Source: an uncultured Pseudomonadota bacterium (GTDB lineage: Bacteria > Pseudomonadota > Gammaproteobacteria > Burkholderiales > SG8-39). Taken from it: a stretch of DNA of 64,000 bases. Each line of letters starts with the position of its first letter. The stretch's first letter is position 1. The notes below the pieces were generated by a model. The model searched no databases and had not been told where the DNA came from. It worked only from the letters and a program-made list of their open reading frames with translations. A program made the position numbers and the translations under genes. This document shows positions 51,064-59,638 of the stretch, piece after piece. The DNA lies in the NCBI GenBank assembly GCA_903829815.1, contig CAIKRR010000017.1, positions 18,502 to 82,501 of the forward strand. Direction: 5' to 3'.

Positions 51064-52089
51064 ATGCGACTCGTTACCTATGTGACGGCAGTCGAAGCGG
51101 CGCCGCGTGCCGGGGTACTGCTCGATGAGGATCAGACCATCCTCGATCTGCAGCGAGCCTGGGAGGGGATGCATCCGGCTGAAGCGGCGCCCGAGTCGGT
51201 GCGTAGCGTGCTGGGGCTGGTCGAAGGGGGCACGGGCTCGCTCGATACCGCACGCGAACTGGTGGCCTCGCGCGCCCGATTGGGCGGCGCGCTGGTCGCG
51301 CGTTCGGCTGCGATTCTGCGTGCGCCGATCCCGCGCCCGCCACAGATGCGCGATTTTCTCTGTTTCGAGAAGCACCTGCTGCAGGCCTATACCTCGTTGC
51401 GGCGCCTGCGTGCCGAGCGCACGAGCGACCCTGAGGCAGCGATGCTCGAGATGGATGCCAAGGGCATCCTGCAGATGCCCCAGTCCTGGTACGAGCGGCC
51501 CTACTTCTACCACCCGAACCGTCTCAACGTGATTGGTCACGAGGAGGAGGTGCGCTGGCCCTGGTACTGCGAGCAGATGGACTTCGAGCTCGAGTTCGCG
51601 CTGGTGATCGGCAAGCCCACGTTCGAGGTGTCGCGCGAACGGGCTCTCGATCATGTATTCGGCTACACCATCTTCAACGACGTGTCGGCGCGTGACGAGC
51701 AGTCGCGCGAGTCACCGGGCACGCTCGGGCCTGGCAAGGGCAAGGACTTCGATACCGGTAATGTTCTCGGGCCTTGCCTGGTGACCGCGGACGAAGTCGG
51801 TGACCCCTATGCGCTCACCATGATCGCGCGGGTCAATGGCGAGGAGTGGGCCCGCGGCAGTACCCGCGACATGCACTGGAAGTGGGAAGACTGCATCGCC
51901 CATGTGGCGCGCGCCGAGACACTGGTGCCCGGTGAGGTGCTGGGGTCGGGTACCGTGGGGGATGGCTGTGGTCTCGAGCACATGCGCTTTCTGAAGCCTG
52001 GCGATGTGGTCGAACTGGAGATCGAGCGGATCGGTGTCTTGCGCAACCGCTTCGTGCGCCGGCCGCGCCCACCCCAGGACGCCGCATGA
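51064..52089 (+). CDS. fumarylacetoacetate hydrolase (FAH) family protein (paralog 1)
   Basis: DFELEFALVIGK, IFNDVSARD and GKGKDFDTGNVLGP. ATG at 51064 preceded by AGGAGGAGG. Confidence 0.85.
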   Translation: MRLVTYVTAVEAAPRAGVLLDEDQTILDLQRAWEGMHPAEAAPESVRSVLGLVEGGTGSLDTARELVASRARLGGALVARSAAILRAPIPRPPQMRDFLCFEKHLLQAYTSLRRLRAERTSDPEAAMLEMDAKGILQMPQSWYERPYFYHPNRLNVIGHEEEVRWPWYCEQMDFELEFALVIGKPTFEVSRERALDHVFGYTIFNDVSARDEQSRESPGTLGPGKGKDFDTGNVLGPCLVTADEVGDPYALTMIARVNGEEWARGSTRDMHWKWEDCIAHVARAETLVPGEVLGSGTVGDGCGLEHMRFLKPGDVVELEIERIGVLRNRFVRRPRPPQDAA

Positions 52090-53072
52090 TGGCAGCCATG
52101 ATCAGCGCCTCCCGCAGGGTGTTTGCCGCGCTGTTGCTCCTCGCGGCGTGCATGGGGCTTGTCACAAGCCTTGCCATGGCACAGACCTGGCCGGCCCGCC
52201 CGGTGCGTGTGCTTGTGCCATTTCCAGCCGGCAGTTCGCCTGACGTGACCCTGCGCATCGTGGCGCCGCGCCTGGCCGAAGCCCTGGGGCAGCCGGTGGT
52301 GGTCGAGAACCGCGGTGGTGCAGCCGGCATCATCGGCGCCGAGATCGTTGCGCGCGCCGCACCGGATGGTTACACGCTCCTCTACCCGGTGAACTCGGTG
52401 ATCTGTGCCAACGAGCATCTGTATTCGAAGCTGCCCTACGATCCGCTGAAGAGCTTTGTGCCCGTGACGATGACGGTGAGCTTTGGCTATGTGCTGCTTG
52501 CGCGCACGACCTTTCCTGTCAACGATCTGCGCTCGCTCATTGCCATGGCGCGTGCCGAGCCTGGCAAGCTCAACTTCGGCTCGGCCGGGCTGGGTGCCGG
52601 CAACCATGTGGTGATGGAGATGCTTCTGGACATGACCGGTACGAAGATGGTGCACATTCCCAATCGTGACAGTGCGGTCTCGGTGGCCAGCGGCGAGAGC
52701 GATATCTCGATGGTGCCCTCGACCACCGCCATTCCGCTGGTTCGTGGTGGACGTACCAAGGCGTTTGGCGTAACTCTGCCGGCGCGGCTGGCAGCACTGC
52801 CCGATGTGCCCGCCATTGGTGAGGTCGTGCCCGGCTACGCGGCGGATGCCTGGCATGGTTTCCTTGCGCCAGCGGGGACACCGACGGCGGTGGTCGAACG
52901 CATTGCGTTCGAGGTCGGGCAGATACTGCGTGTGCCTGAGGTGGCGCAGCGCCTGCGCGACATTGGCCTGGAGCCGGTAGGCGATAGCCCCGCACACTTT
53001 GCGGCCACTGTGCGCGCCGACTACGACAAGTGGGGCAAGGCCATCCGGTCTGCCGGCATCCGGCTCGATTAG
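52086..53072 (+). CDS. Bug/TctC-family substrate-binding protein
   Basis: Signal peptide ...SLAMAQT, followed by WPARPVRVLVPFPAGSSPDVTLRIV and WHGFLAPAGTP. Start overlaps the upstream stop as ATGA. Confidence 0.88.
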   Translation: MMAAMISASRRVFAALLLLAACMGLVTSLAMAQTWPARPVRVLVPFPAGSSPDVTLRIVAPRLAEALGQPVVVENRGGAAGIIGAEIVARAAPDGYTLLYPVNSVICANEHLYSKLPYDPLKSFVPVTMTVSFGYVLLARTTFPVNDLRSLIAMARAEPGKLNFGSAGLGAGNHVVMEMLLDMTGTKMVHIPNRDSAVSVASGESDISMVPSTTAIPLVRGGRTKAFGVTLPARLAALPDVPAIGEVVPGYAADAWHGFLAPAGTPTAVVERIAFEVGQILRVPEVAQRLRDIGLEPVGDSPAHFAATVRADYDKWGKAIRSAGIRLD

Positions 53073-53084
53073 ACGAGGAAGATC

Positions 53085-54089
53085 ATGAAGCACTTCAAAT
53101 ACACCCGTGGCCTGCACGATCTGGGCAATGGCCTGCATGCCTGGCTGCTGCCCGATGGCAGTTGGGGCTGGTCGAATGCGGGGCTGATCGAGGATTCGGG
53201 CCAGACCCTGCTCGTCGATACCCTGTTCGATCTGAAGCTCACCCGCGAGATGCTCGATGCGATGCGTGACGCGGTACCGGCTGCACGCGACATCGGCATG
53301 CTGGTGAACACCCACGGCAATGGTGATCACACCTTCGGCAATCAGTTGCTCGAGGGCAAGCGCATCATCGCCGCCGCGGGCTGTGCCGAAGACATGCGCC
53401 ATCGACCGCCCGAGCAACTGGCGCAGTGGCAACGCGACTGGCAGTCGATGGGCACGGCCGGGCGCTTCTGGTACGAGGTGATGGGTGCGCACTTCGACTT
53501 CCAGGGCATCCGCATGGTGTTGCCCAACGAGACCTTCCAGGGCGAGAAACGGCTGATGGTCGGGAACAAGGAGGTGGTACTGCTCGAAGTGGGCCCAGCC
53601 CATACCCGCGGCGACGTGCTTGTCTACGTGCCCGCCGATCGCACCGTGTTCACCGGCGACATCCTCTTCAATGGCGGGCATCCTGCGATCTGGGCCGGGC
53701 CGGTGTCCAACTGGATCGCCGCGTGCGATCGCATGTTGAGCTGGGATCTCGAGACCGTGGTGCCGGGGCATGGCCCGATCACCGACAAGTCGGGGGTGCG
53801 CGAGATGCGTGATTACCTCACCTACTTGCTGGCCGAGTCCGCACGCTGCCGTGCCGAGGGGATGAGCTTCGAGGTGGCCGCGCGCAAGATTTCGCTCGAT
53901 CGTTGGGCCAACTGGGGTGAGTCGGAACGCATCTTCGTCAACGTCCATGCCTGCTATCGCGAACTGGCGGGCGACGCGGCGTCGGCCGAGGAAAAAGGCA
54001 TTCGCATGGCACTCCTCGAGATGATGGGTGAGCGGTATTTCGAGATGAAGGCCGCTGGCCATGTGCACGGGCCCGACTGCTCGCACTGA
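53085..54089 (+). CDS. MBL-fold metallo-hydrolase (paralog 2; variant HxNxDH motif)
   Basis: LVNTHGNGDH, GPAHTRGD, FTGDILF and VVPGHGP. By eye it is roughly half identical to the protein at 50006-50965. Confidence 0.8.
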   Translation: MKHFKYTRGLHDLGNGLHAWLLPDGSWGWSNAGLIEDSGQTLLVDTLFDLKLTREMLDAMRDAVPAARDIGMLVNTHGNGDHTFGNQLLEGKRIIAAAGCAEDMRHRPPEQLAQWQRDWQSMGTAGRFWYEVMGAHFDFQGIRMVLPNETFQGEKRLMVGNKEVVLLEVGPAHTRGDVLVYVPADRTVFTGDILFNGGHPAIWAGPVSNWIAACDRMLSWDLETVVPGHGPITDKSGVREMRDYLTYLLAESARCRAEGMSFEVAARKISLDRWANWGESERIFVNVHACYRELAGDAASAEEKGIRMALLEMMGERYFEMKAAGHVHGPDCSH

Positions 54090-54127
54090 GTCGATCGCAA
54101 CTGCGTGCTTTGTTCAGGAGTGGCAGC

Positions 54128-55114
54128 ATGAAACTGGTGACATTTGAACGGACCGGACCGGCAGGCACCGATGGGGTGGCGCAGGTGGGTGCCGTGGTGG
54201 CGGGGGGCGAGCGGGTGGTGGATTTCACCGCAGCTGACGATTCGCCCTGGTTTCGCGACATGCTCGCTCTCATCGATGGCGGCGAGCCGGCGCTTGACCG
54301 GGCGCGCGCGCTCGAGCGCGCAGCCACCCGCACACTGGCCATGGGCGAGGTGCGCCTCCTTGCGCCGATTCCGGTGCCGCGCCGTCTGCGCGACTTCCTG
54401 TCGTTCGAGCAGCATGTGCGCCAGTCGCGGGCCAATCGGCATCTCTTCGGCATCGAGACCGAGCCGCGCGATCCGGCCGCGGTGAAGATTGCCCAGGTCT
54501 GGTATGACCGGCCCATCTACTACAAGAGCAACTGCTTCAGCGTGGTGGGCACCGGGGCCGACATCGAGTGGCCCACTTACTCGCGGGCCATCGACTACGA
54601 ACTCGAGGTGGCCCTGGTCACCGGACGCCGCGGCAAGAACATCACCGAGGCGAGCGCGCGCGATTACACCTTCGGCTATTGCATCTTCAACGACTTCTCG
54701 GCGCGTGATACCCAGTTTTCGGAAATGCAGGGCACGCTTGGTCCGGCGAAGGGCAAGGACTTCGATACCGGCAATGCGCTCGGGCCCTGGATCGCCACCA
54801 TCGACGAGATTGCCGATCCGCAGGATCTGGTCATGGTTGCGCGGGTGAACGGCGAGGAATGGTCACGCGGCAATACCCGCACCATGCATCACTCGTTTGC
54901 CAAGCTGCTGGCTTACGCCTCGCTCGAGGAGACGGTCTACCCGGGCGAGATTCTCGGCTCGGGGACGGTGGGAGGTGGTTGCGGCAATGAACTCGCCCGC
55001 TACATGAAGGACGGCGATGTCATCGAGCTGGAGGTAAGCGGTCTGGGGGTGCTGCGCAATCGCATCGTGGCGCCGCACGTCCCGCAGCCACCGGCCTTTC
55101 CGATCAAGGTTTGA
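54128..55114 (+). CDS. fumarylacetoacetate hydrolase (FAH) family protein (paralog 2)
   Basis: DYELEVALVTGR, IFNDFSARD and AKGKDFDTGNALGP. ATG at 54128 preceded by AGGAG. Confidence 0.85.
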   Translation: MKLVTFERTGPAGTDGVAQVGAVVAGGERVVDFTAADDSPWFRDMLALIDGGEPALDRARALERAATRTLAMGEVRLLAPIPVPRRLRDFLSFEQHVRQSRANRHLFGIETEPRDPAAVKIAQVWYDRPIYYKSNCFSVVGTGADIEWPTYSRAIDYELEVALVTGRRGKNITEASARDYTFGYCIFNDFSARDTQFSEMQGTLGPAKGKDFDTGNALGPWIATIDEIADPQDLVMVARVNGEEWSRGNTRTMHHSFAKLLAYASLEETVYPGEILGSGTVGGGCGNELARYMKDGDVIELEVSGLGVLRNRIVAPHVPQPPAFPIKV

Positions 55115-55136
55115 GCAGGTCCTGTGCGGGCCGGTT

Positions 55137-56777
55137 TCACGCGGGCAATGTCGCCAGCAGGGCTGCAGCCGCACGCTCCGAGACCAGCAGCATCAGCTTC
55201 AGGCTTGCCCGGGTGGCACCGACATAGATGCGGCGTATCGCAGTCTCGTCGAGCGTCTCGAAGTCGACTTCGGTGAGGATCACGCAGGGTGCCGAGCGTC
55301 CCTTGAAGCGGTGAACCGAGTCGATCAGGATGTCGCCCTCGGTGTAGACGGCGTTGCCGAAGAGGTCGAACTCGCCGGTGGGCGCACGCAAGGCATGCGG
55401 GCCGAGGCGGTCGAAGGGGCTCAAGGCCGAACGCTCCCGGCCTCGATACGTGACGAGTGCAATCTGCGGTGGCTTGAATCCGGCCGCGTAGGCCTGGGTG
55501 ATGGCGCGCGCGCTCGCCGCAAGCAGTGAGCTGGTGTCGCCGTAGGTCATGATCTCGACCTCGGGCCCCTGCACCGGGCTGCCCGCTTCGATCGGGTGTT
55601 CGAGCGGCAGCAGGCGATTGATCGTGTCCCGGATCCGGGCTGGGCTGCGGTAATTGATGTCCGAGCGCAGCGAGACCCAGCCTGGGAGTTCGAGCGGCGC
55701 ACGTCCGTACAGATTCTGCAGAGGGTCTTCCAGCAGCCAGGCGCGCCCTTCGGGTTTCAGGTGGCGAAGGAGGTTCCGTACCCACTCGCCGCGAAAATCC
55801 TGTCCCTCGTCGATGATGAGTTCATCGAACTGGATTGCGCGCTCGGGGGTCGATCGATCGAGGGCTGATTCGATCCTCGCAAAGGCCCCTGGGGCGCTGA
55901 AGTCGATGGCCTCACCGGCGGCCTTGCAGAGCGCCTCGCCGAACTGGTGGTAGGTGGCCACAGCGATGCCACCAGGCGCAACCTGAGCGACATGATCGGC
56001 GAGCGGCCGGTTGTAGCAGACGTAGAGGAGGCGCCGCCCTGCACTCAGCGCGTCCTGCATCAGGGCGAGCGCAAGCTGGGTCTTGCCTGAACCGGCCACA
56101 CCCGTGACATGCAGCCGGAACGGGGTGCAGTCGATGCGCCGCGCCCAGTGAGCGAGTCCGCCCGAGAGCCGGGTGTAGAGCGTGCCGATGGCAGCGCTGG
56201 TGGCGTCGCTGTCGGGTACGAGTTCGAGCACCTCGGCCAGAAAGCGTTCGATGCGATCGCGCGCCTCGAGCGCGGGTGCATCGGGCGGCAATATCTGACG
56301 GATGACCAGGCAGAGGCTGTCGCGTCGTCGGCTGTCGACGATGCGCGCGGGTTCAATGCCGGCTGTGCCAGGGTCACGTACCTGGTAGTCGGGGCAGTAG
56401 AGGAGGGCATCGACGAAGCTGGGCAGGCCCTGACAGGCCTCACGCAGGCGGTTTCGCAGCGCATCGGCATTGCGTGCCATCTGCTGCGGCACGTTCTTGT
56501 CGACCTTGTCGTAGTGCTTCACGAGCCCGTCGGGGCCTTCGCGCAGCACGCCCGCCTTCTGCTCGATGAGGAGCACGTGCCCCGACGGGGCCATGACCGC
56601 AAAGTCGATCTCGCCAATGAGAGCCCGTCGGCGCTCGATGCGGGTCCAGTGCACGCCGTGAAAGACGGTGTAGTCATCGGGCAGGCCATCGGCGAGGATT
56701 CCGAGGGTTTCCAGTTCGCGCAGCGCGGCCCCGCTGGCCTGGATTTCACGCCATCCGGTCGGTACGACACGTGCCAT
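55137..56777 (-). CDS. NERD (PD-(D/E)xK nuclease-like) domain fused to an SF1 UvrD/DUF2075-type helicase/ATPase
   Basis: N-terminal GEIDFAVMAPSGHVLLIEQKAG (D58, E72, K74). Walker A GVAGSGKT (aa 226-233). Walker B LIIDEGQDF. C-terminal VHRFKGRSAPCVILTEV and YVGATRA motifs. GAGG lies 7 nt upstream of the ATG. Confidence 0.8.
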   Translation of the reverse strand: MARVVPTGWREIQASGAALRELETLGILADGLPDDYTVFHGVHWTRIERRRALIGEIDFAVMAPSGHVLLIEQKAGVLREGPDGLVKHYDKVDKNVPQQMARNADALRNRLREACQGLPSFVDALLYCPDYQVRDPGTAGIEPARIVDSRRRDSLCLVIRQILPPDAPALEARDRIERFLAEVLELVPDSDATSAAIGTLYTRLSGGLAHWARRIDCTPFRLHVTGVAGSGKTQLALALMQDALSAGRRLLYVCYNRPLADHVAQVAPGGIAVATYHQFGEALCKAAGEAIDFSAPGAFARIESALDRSTPERAIQFDELIIDEGQDFRGEWVRNLLRHLKPEGRAWLLEDPLQNLYGRAPLELPGWVSLRSDINYRSPARIRDTINRLLPLEHPIEAGSPVQGPEVEIMTYGDTSSLLAASARAITQAYAAGFKPPQIALVTYRGRERSALSPFDRLGPHALRAPTGEFDLFGNAVYTEGDILIDSVHRFKGRSAPCVILTEVDFETLDETAIRRIYVGATRASLKLMLLVSERAAAALLATLPA

Positions 56778-56819
56778 CAGTGAGCCTCGCGAGGCATGGG
56801 TTGATCGGGACGGGCTGCA

Positions 56820-56869
56820 ATGGGGCCGAGATGGGGCCGAGATGGGGCCGAGATGGGGCCGAGATGGGT
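56820..56869. repeat. 11-bp tandem repeat (atggggccgag x4 plus a partial copy)
   Basis: Read directly from the sequence. The four perfect copies are at 56820-56830, 56831-56841, 56842-56852 and 56853-56863, followed by atgggt. The array lies 43-92 nt upstream of the NERD-helicase start codon. Confidence 0.95.
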
Positions 56870-56903
56870 AGCCGTGATTGGGGTTCGTGGTGGGCCGTTC
56901 GGT

Positions 56904-57983
56904 TCAGTTGGCCTTGACGTTGGCTGTGCGCACGATACGCTCGAAGGTGGCGTAATCGCGCTCGATGAGTCGGGTGAAGCCCTCGGGGCCGGTGTAGAGC
57001 GGCTCCAGCCCCTGCGCATCGAAGGTTGCGCGAAGATCGGATGCGCCCAGTGCCTTCTCGATCGCTGCCGCCAGGGTTGCCGTGATGCCGGCGGGCGTTC
57101 CGCGGGGCGCCAGAAAGCCAAAGAGGTTGGGGGCTTCGAAGCCCTTCACGCCGGCCTCCTCGATCGTCGGCGTGTCGGGCAAGAGTGGCAGGCGACGCGG
57201 CGATGCGACTGCCAGCACCCGTGCGCGGCCCGATTTCATGTGCGGCACGGCTGACGGACTGCTCACGAACATGAGCGTGGATTCGCCCGAGAGGAGGTCA
57301 ACCATGGCCTGCGCACTGCCCTTGTAGGGCACATGTTCGATGCGAACGCCGGTTGTCATCTGCAGCAGTTCGCCCTCCAGGTGGGCGAGGGTGCCGACAC
57401 CGATCGATGCATAGTTGTACTTGCCGGGGGCCGCGCGCAGGTAGTCGAGCAACTGGCCGACGTTGCGTATTGGCAGGCTGGCCGGCACGACCAGGATGTG
57501 CGGCGCATTGGCCACCCCTGTGACGGGTGCGAAGTCGCGCAGCAGGTTCTGCTGCTGGGGACCCAGCGCGGTGGCAATGGCAATGTCACCGATCGAGGAG
57601 AAGTAGAGCGTGTAGCCGTCAGGCGCGGCACGTGCACCGGCTGCCATCGCGATGATGCCGGCGGCACCGGGCTTGCTCTCGATCACGAGCGACACGCCCA
57701 ACTGCTCGGCCACTTTCTGGCTGACCGAGCGCGCGATAAGATCGGTGGCGCCGCCTGGCGGGTAGCCCACGATCACCACGATCGGCCGCTCGGGCCAGGC
57801 GGCCCGCGCCGGCAGTGCAAGCCCGCAGAGGGCCAGGGTCATCATCAAGCCAGGGGCCATCAGCGCCAGGGCCCGTCGGGCTGCACGACCCGGTCTCCGG
57901 GGCTCGAGGGCCATCGGTGCGAGCGCGGCACGGGTGCGCAGGCGCAGCAGCAGGTGCCCCAGGCGGGGGATGGCTTGAGGCAT
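56904..57983 (-). CDS. Bug/TctC-family substrate-binding protein
   Basis: ...LCGLALPARAAWPERPIVVIVGYPPGGATDLIARSV and FGFLAPRGTP. The N-terminal start is uncertain, with several in-frame Met codons. Confidence 0.85.
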   Translation of the reverse strand: MPQAIPRLGHLLLRLRTRAALAPMALEPRRPGRAARRALALMAPGLMMTLALCGLALPARAAWPERPIVVIVGYPPGGATDLIARSVSQKVAEQLGVSLVIESKPGAAGIIAMAAGARAAPDGYTLYFSSIGDIAIATALGPQQQNLLRDFAPVTGVANAPHILVVPASLPIRNVGQLLDYLRAAPGKYNYASIGVGTLAHLEGELLQMTTGVRIEHVPYKGSAQAMVDLLSGESTLMFVSSPSAVPHMKSGRARVLAVASPRRLPLLPDTPTIEEAGVKGFEAPNLFGFLAPRGTPAGITATLAAAIEKALGASDLRATFDAQGLEPLYTGPEGFTRLIERDYATFERIVRTANVKAN

Positions 57984-57986
57984 GGG

Positions 57987-59636
57987 TCAGACTCCAGTCA
58001 GTCGGCGATAGGCGTCGGGCAGGGTGCTCGTCATCAGGTTGCATCCCTGTGGCCCCACGGTCTTGTCGAGCGTGGCAGCAAGATTCATTCCGTGCAGGAT
58101 GAACGGCGCATCAGGCGCTGCCTCGAGGCGATCGGGCGCGCGCACCTTCCAGTGCGGCTCGCTCGGGTAGGGAATGACCGGTATCAGTACCGAGCCGCGG
58201 CGCAAGGCTGAGTCGGTGCGATTGGCCCAGGCGATGTTGACCCGATTCTCGGCTGCACGTTCGGGCAGGAGCAGATCGATTTCGCTCTCGGTACGCCACC
58301 GCCCCGCAATCACGATCAGTTCTGCGCCCTGGCGGGCGAGCACCCGGTAGCTCTCGGGCAGCAGGGCGTCGGCATCGGACAGGATGCCGATACGGCCCGC
58401 GTGCGTGTCGTGTACCTGGAGCGCGTCGCCGGCCGTTGCCCAGGACCGCCATGCACCGGGCAAGTGCACCTGGGGCTGGCAGGCAATGGGTTCGCCGTGC
58501 GGGTTGATCAGCCACGCCGAGGGCACGAATCGCCCCTGGTTGTCGGCCAGAAGACTCACCACACCCCAGCTCGCCGTGGCACGGGCGGTGGTGGCCAGGC
58601 GCGATAGCCAACCGGACGTGTGCGCCGCCTCGCGCGCCGCCTGGGCCGGCAAGCGGGCCAGATCGTGGGCAAAGAGAAAGGGCGTGATGATGAGCCCCGC
58701 GCCCTGAACGACGGCCTGATGCCACTGCGCGATAGCCTCTTCAATCGCCTGCTCATGCAGTCCCCGGGGTTGCAGGGCAGCCACGCCGAGCGCTGCCGGG
58801 CCTTTGCGTTCGCCCCCAGGGGCGACATGGGCTTGGGCCAGCAGCCGATAGCACTCGGGGCGTCGCAGGGCCATCAGGTCTTCACCGGCCATGCGCTTGT
58901 CATCGGCCTCTTTGAGGTCGATGTCGGCGTATACGAAGCCGGCTGTGCAGTCATCGGCGCGGGCGATCACCTCACCGGCCGGTGACAGGATCTGGCTGCC
59001 GCCGCAGAAGGCGCCGGGTGCGCCCAGATCGCGCGCGCCAACCTTGTTGGCACTGGCCACCCAGCACCGATTTTCGGCGGCGCGCGCCGGTATGTGGAGC
59101 CAGGTCTCGTCATGGCCACCGGAGTGCAGCGTGTTGATGAGCAACTGGGCACCGCTCACCGCGAGCACCCGCGTGGTCTCCGGTATCAGGCCGTCGGCAC
59201 AGATGTAGACGCCGACTCGACCGAAGGGAAGGCTCACGACCGGATTGCCGCAGCGCCCGACACTGGCCCACAGGCGCTGGCCGCCAAAGAGTATCTGCTT
59301 CTGCACCTTCAGCACGATGGCGCCATCGGGGGCGATGATCACGCTCGATATGAAAGCCTCGGTGTCGGTGCGTTCGATCATCCCGACCGCGATATGGCAT
59401 CGGTGCAGCGTGGCACGCCGGGCAATCGCGGCGGTGAAGTCACCCGGAATCGGGGTGCCGTGCGCCAGGGCATCGTCCAGTGAACGGACGAGGCCACCTG
59501 ACCAGTTCGACATCTCGGGCAGGACGATGAGGTCGGGGCTGACCGCCGCCGCCGCCTCGATGAGCGCAAGGCAGGCCTCGCGGTTGGCGCTCGCATCGGG
59601 CACCAGCGCCAGTTGGATGCAGGCAATGCGCGCCAT
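57987..59636 (-). CDS. tandem carbon-nitrogen hydrolase (nitrilase superfamily) protein; second domain lacks the catalytic triad
   Basis: Domain 1 has the full triad context: LIVLPEM (E41), VQKQILFG (K113) and VYICADG (C146). Domain 2 aligns as LIITPFL, QPQVHLPG and IGILSDAD, so the triad reads E to F, K to Q and C to S. Confidence 0.8.
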   Translation of the reverse strand: MARIACIQLALVPDASANREACLALIEAAAAVSPDLIVLPEMSNWSGGLVRSLDDALAHGTPIPGDFTAAIARRATLHRCHIAVGMIERTDTEAFISSVIIAPDGAIVLKVQKQILFGGQRLWASVGRCGNPVVSLPFGRVGVYICADGLIPETTRVLAVSGAQLLINTLHSGGHDETWLHIPARAAENRCWVASANKVGARDLGAPGAFCGGSQILSPAGEVIARADDCTAGFVYADIDLKEADDKRMAGEDLMALRRPECYRLLAQAHVAPGGERKGPAALGVAALQPRGLHEQAIEEAIAQWHQAVVQGAGLIITPFLFAHDLARLPAQAAREAAHTSGWLSRLATTARATASWGVVSLLADNQGRFVPSAWLINPHGEPIACQPQVHLPGAWRSWATAGDALQVHDTHAGRIGILSDADALLPESYRVLARQGAELIVIAGRWRTESEIDLLLPERAAENRVNIAWANRTDSALRRGSVLIPVIPYPSEPHWKVRAPDRLEAAPDAPFILHGMNLAATLDKTVGPQGCNLMTSTLPDAYRRLTGV

Positions 59637-59638
59637 GC

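Noticed and set aside
51807-54086. 759-aa minus-strand ORF spanning FAH1, Bug and MBL2
   Set aside because: It is an antisense shadow ORF. The three plus-strand genes have strong family motifs and ATGA coupling. The same reasoning rejects the long antisense ORFs at 10296-11657, 31920-33431, 45312-46625, 47425-48531 and 62278-63342.
56820-57254. 144-aa plus-strand ORF starting inside the 11-bp repeat (MGPRWGRDGAEMGPRW...)
   Set aside because: It is an artefact created by the ATG within each repeat unit. It is antisense to a bona fide Bug gene, and the 11-bp unit shifts the frame at each copy.
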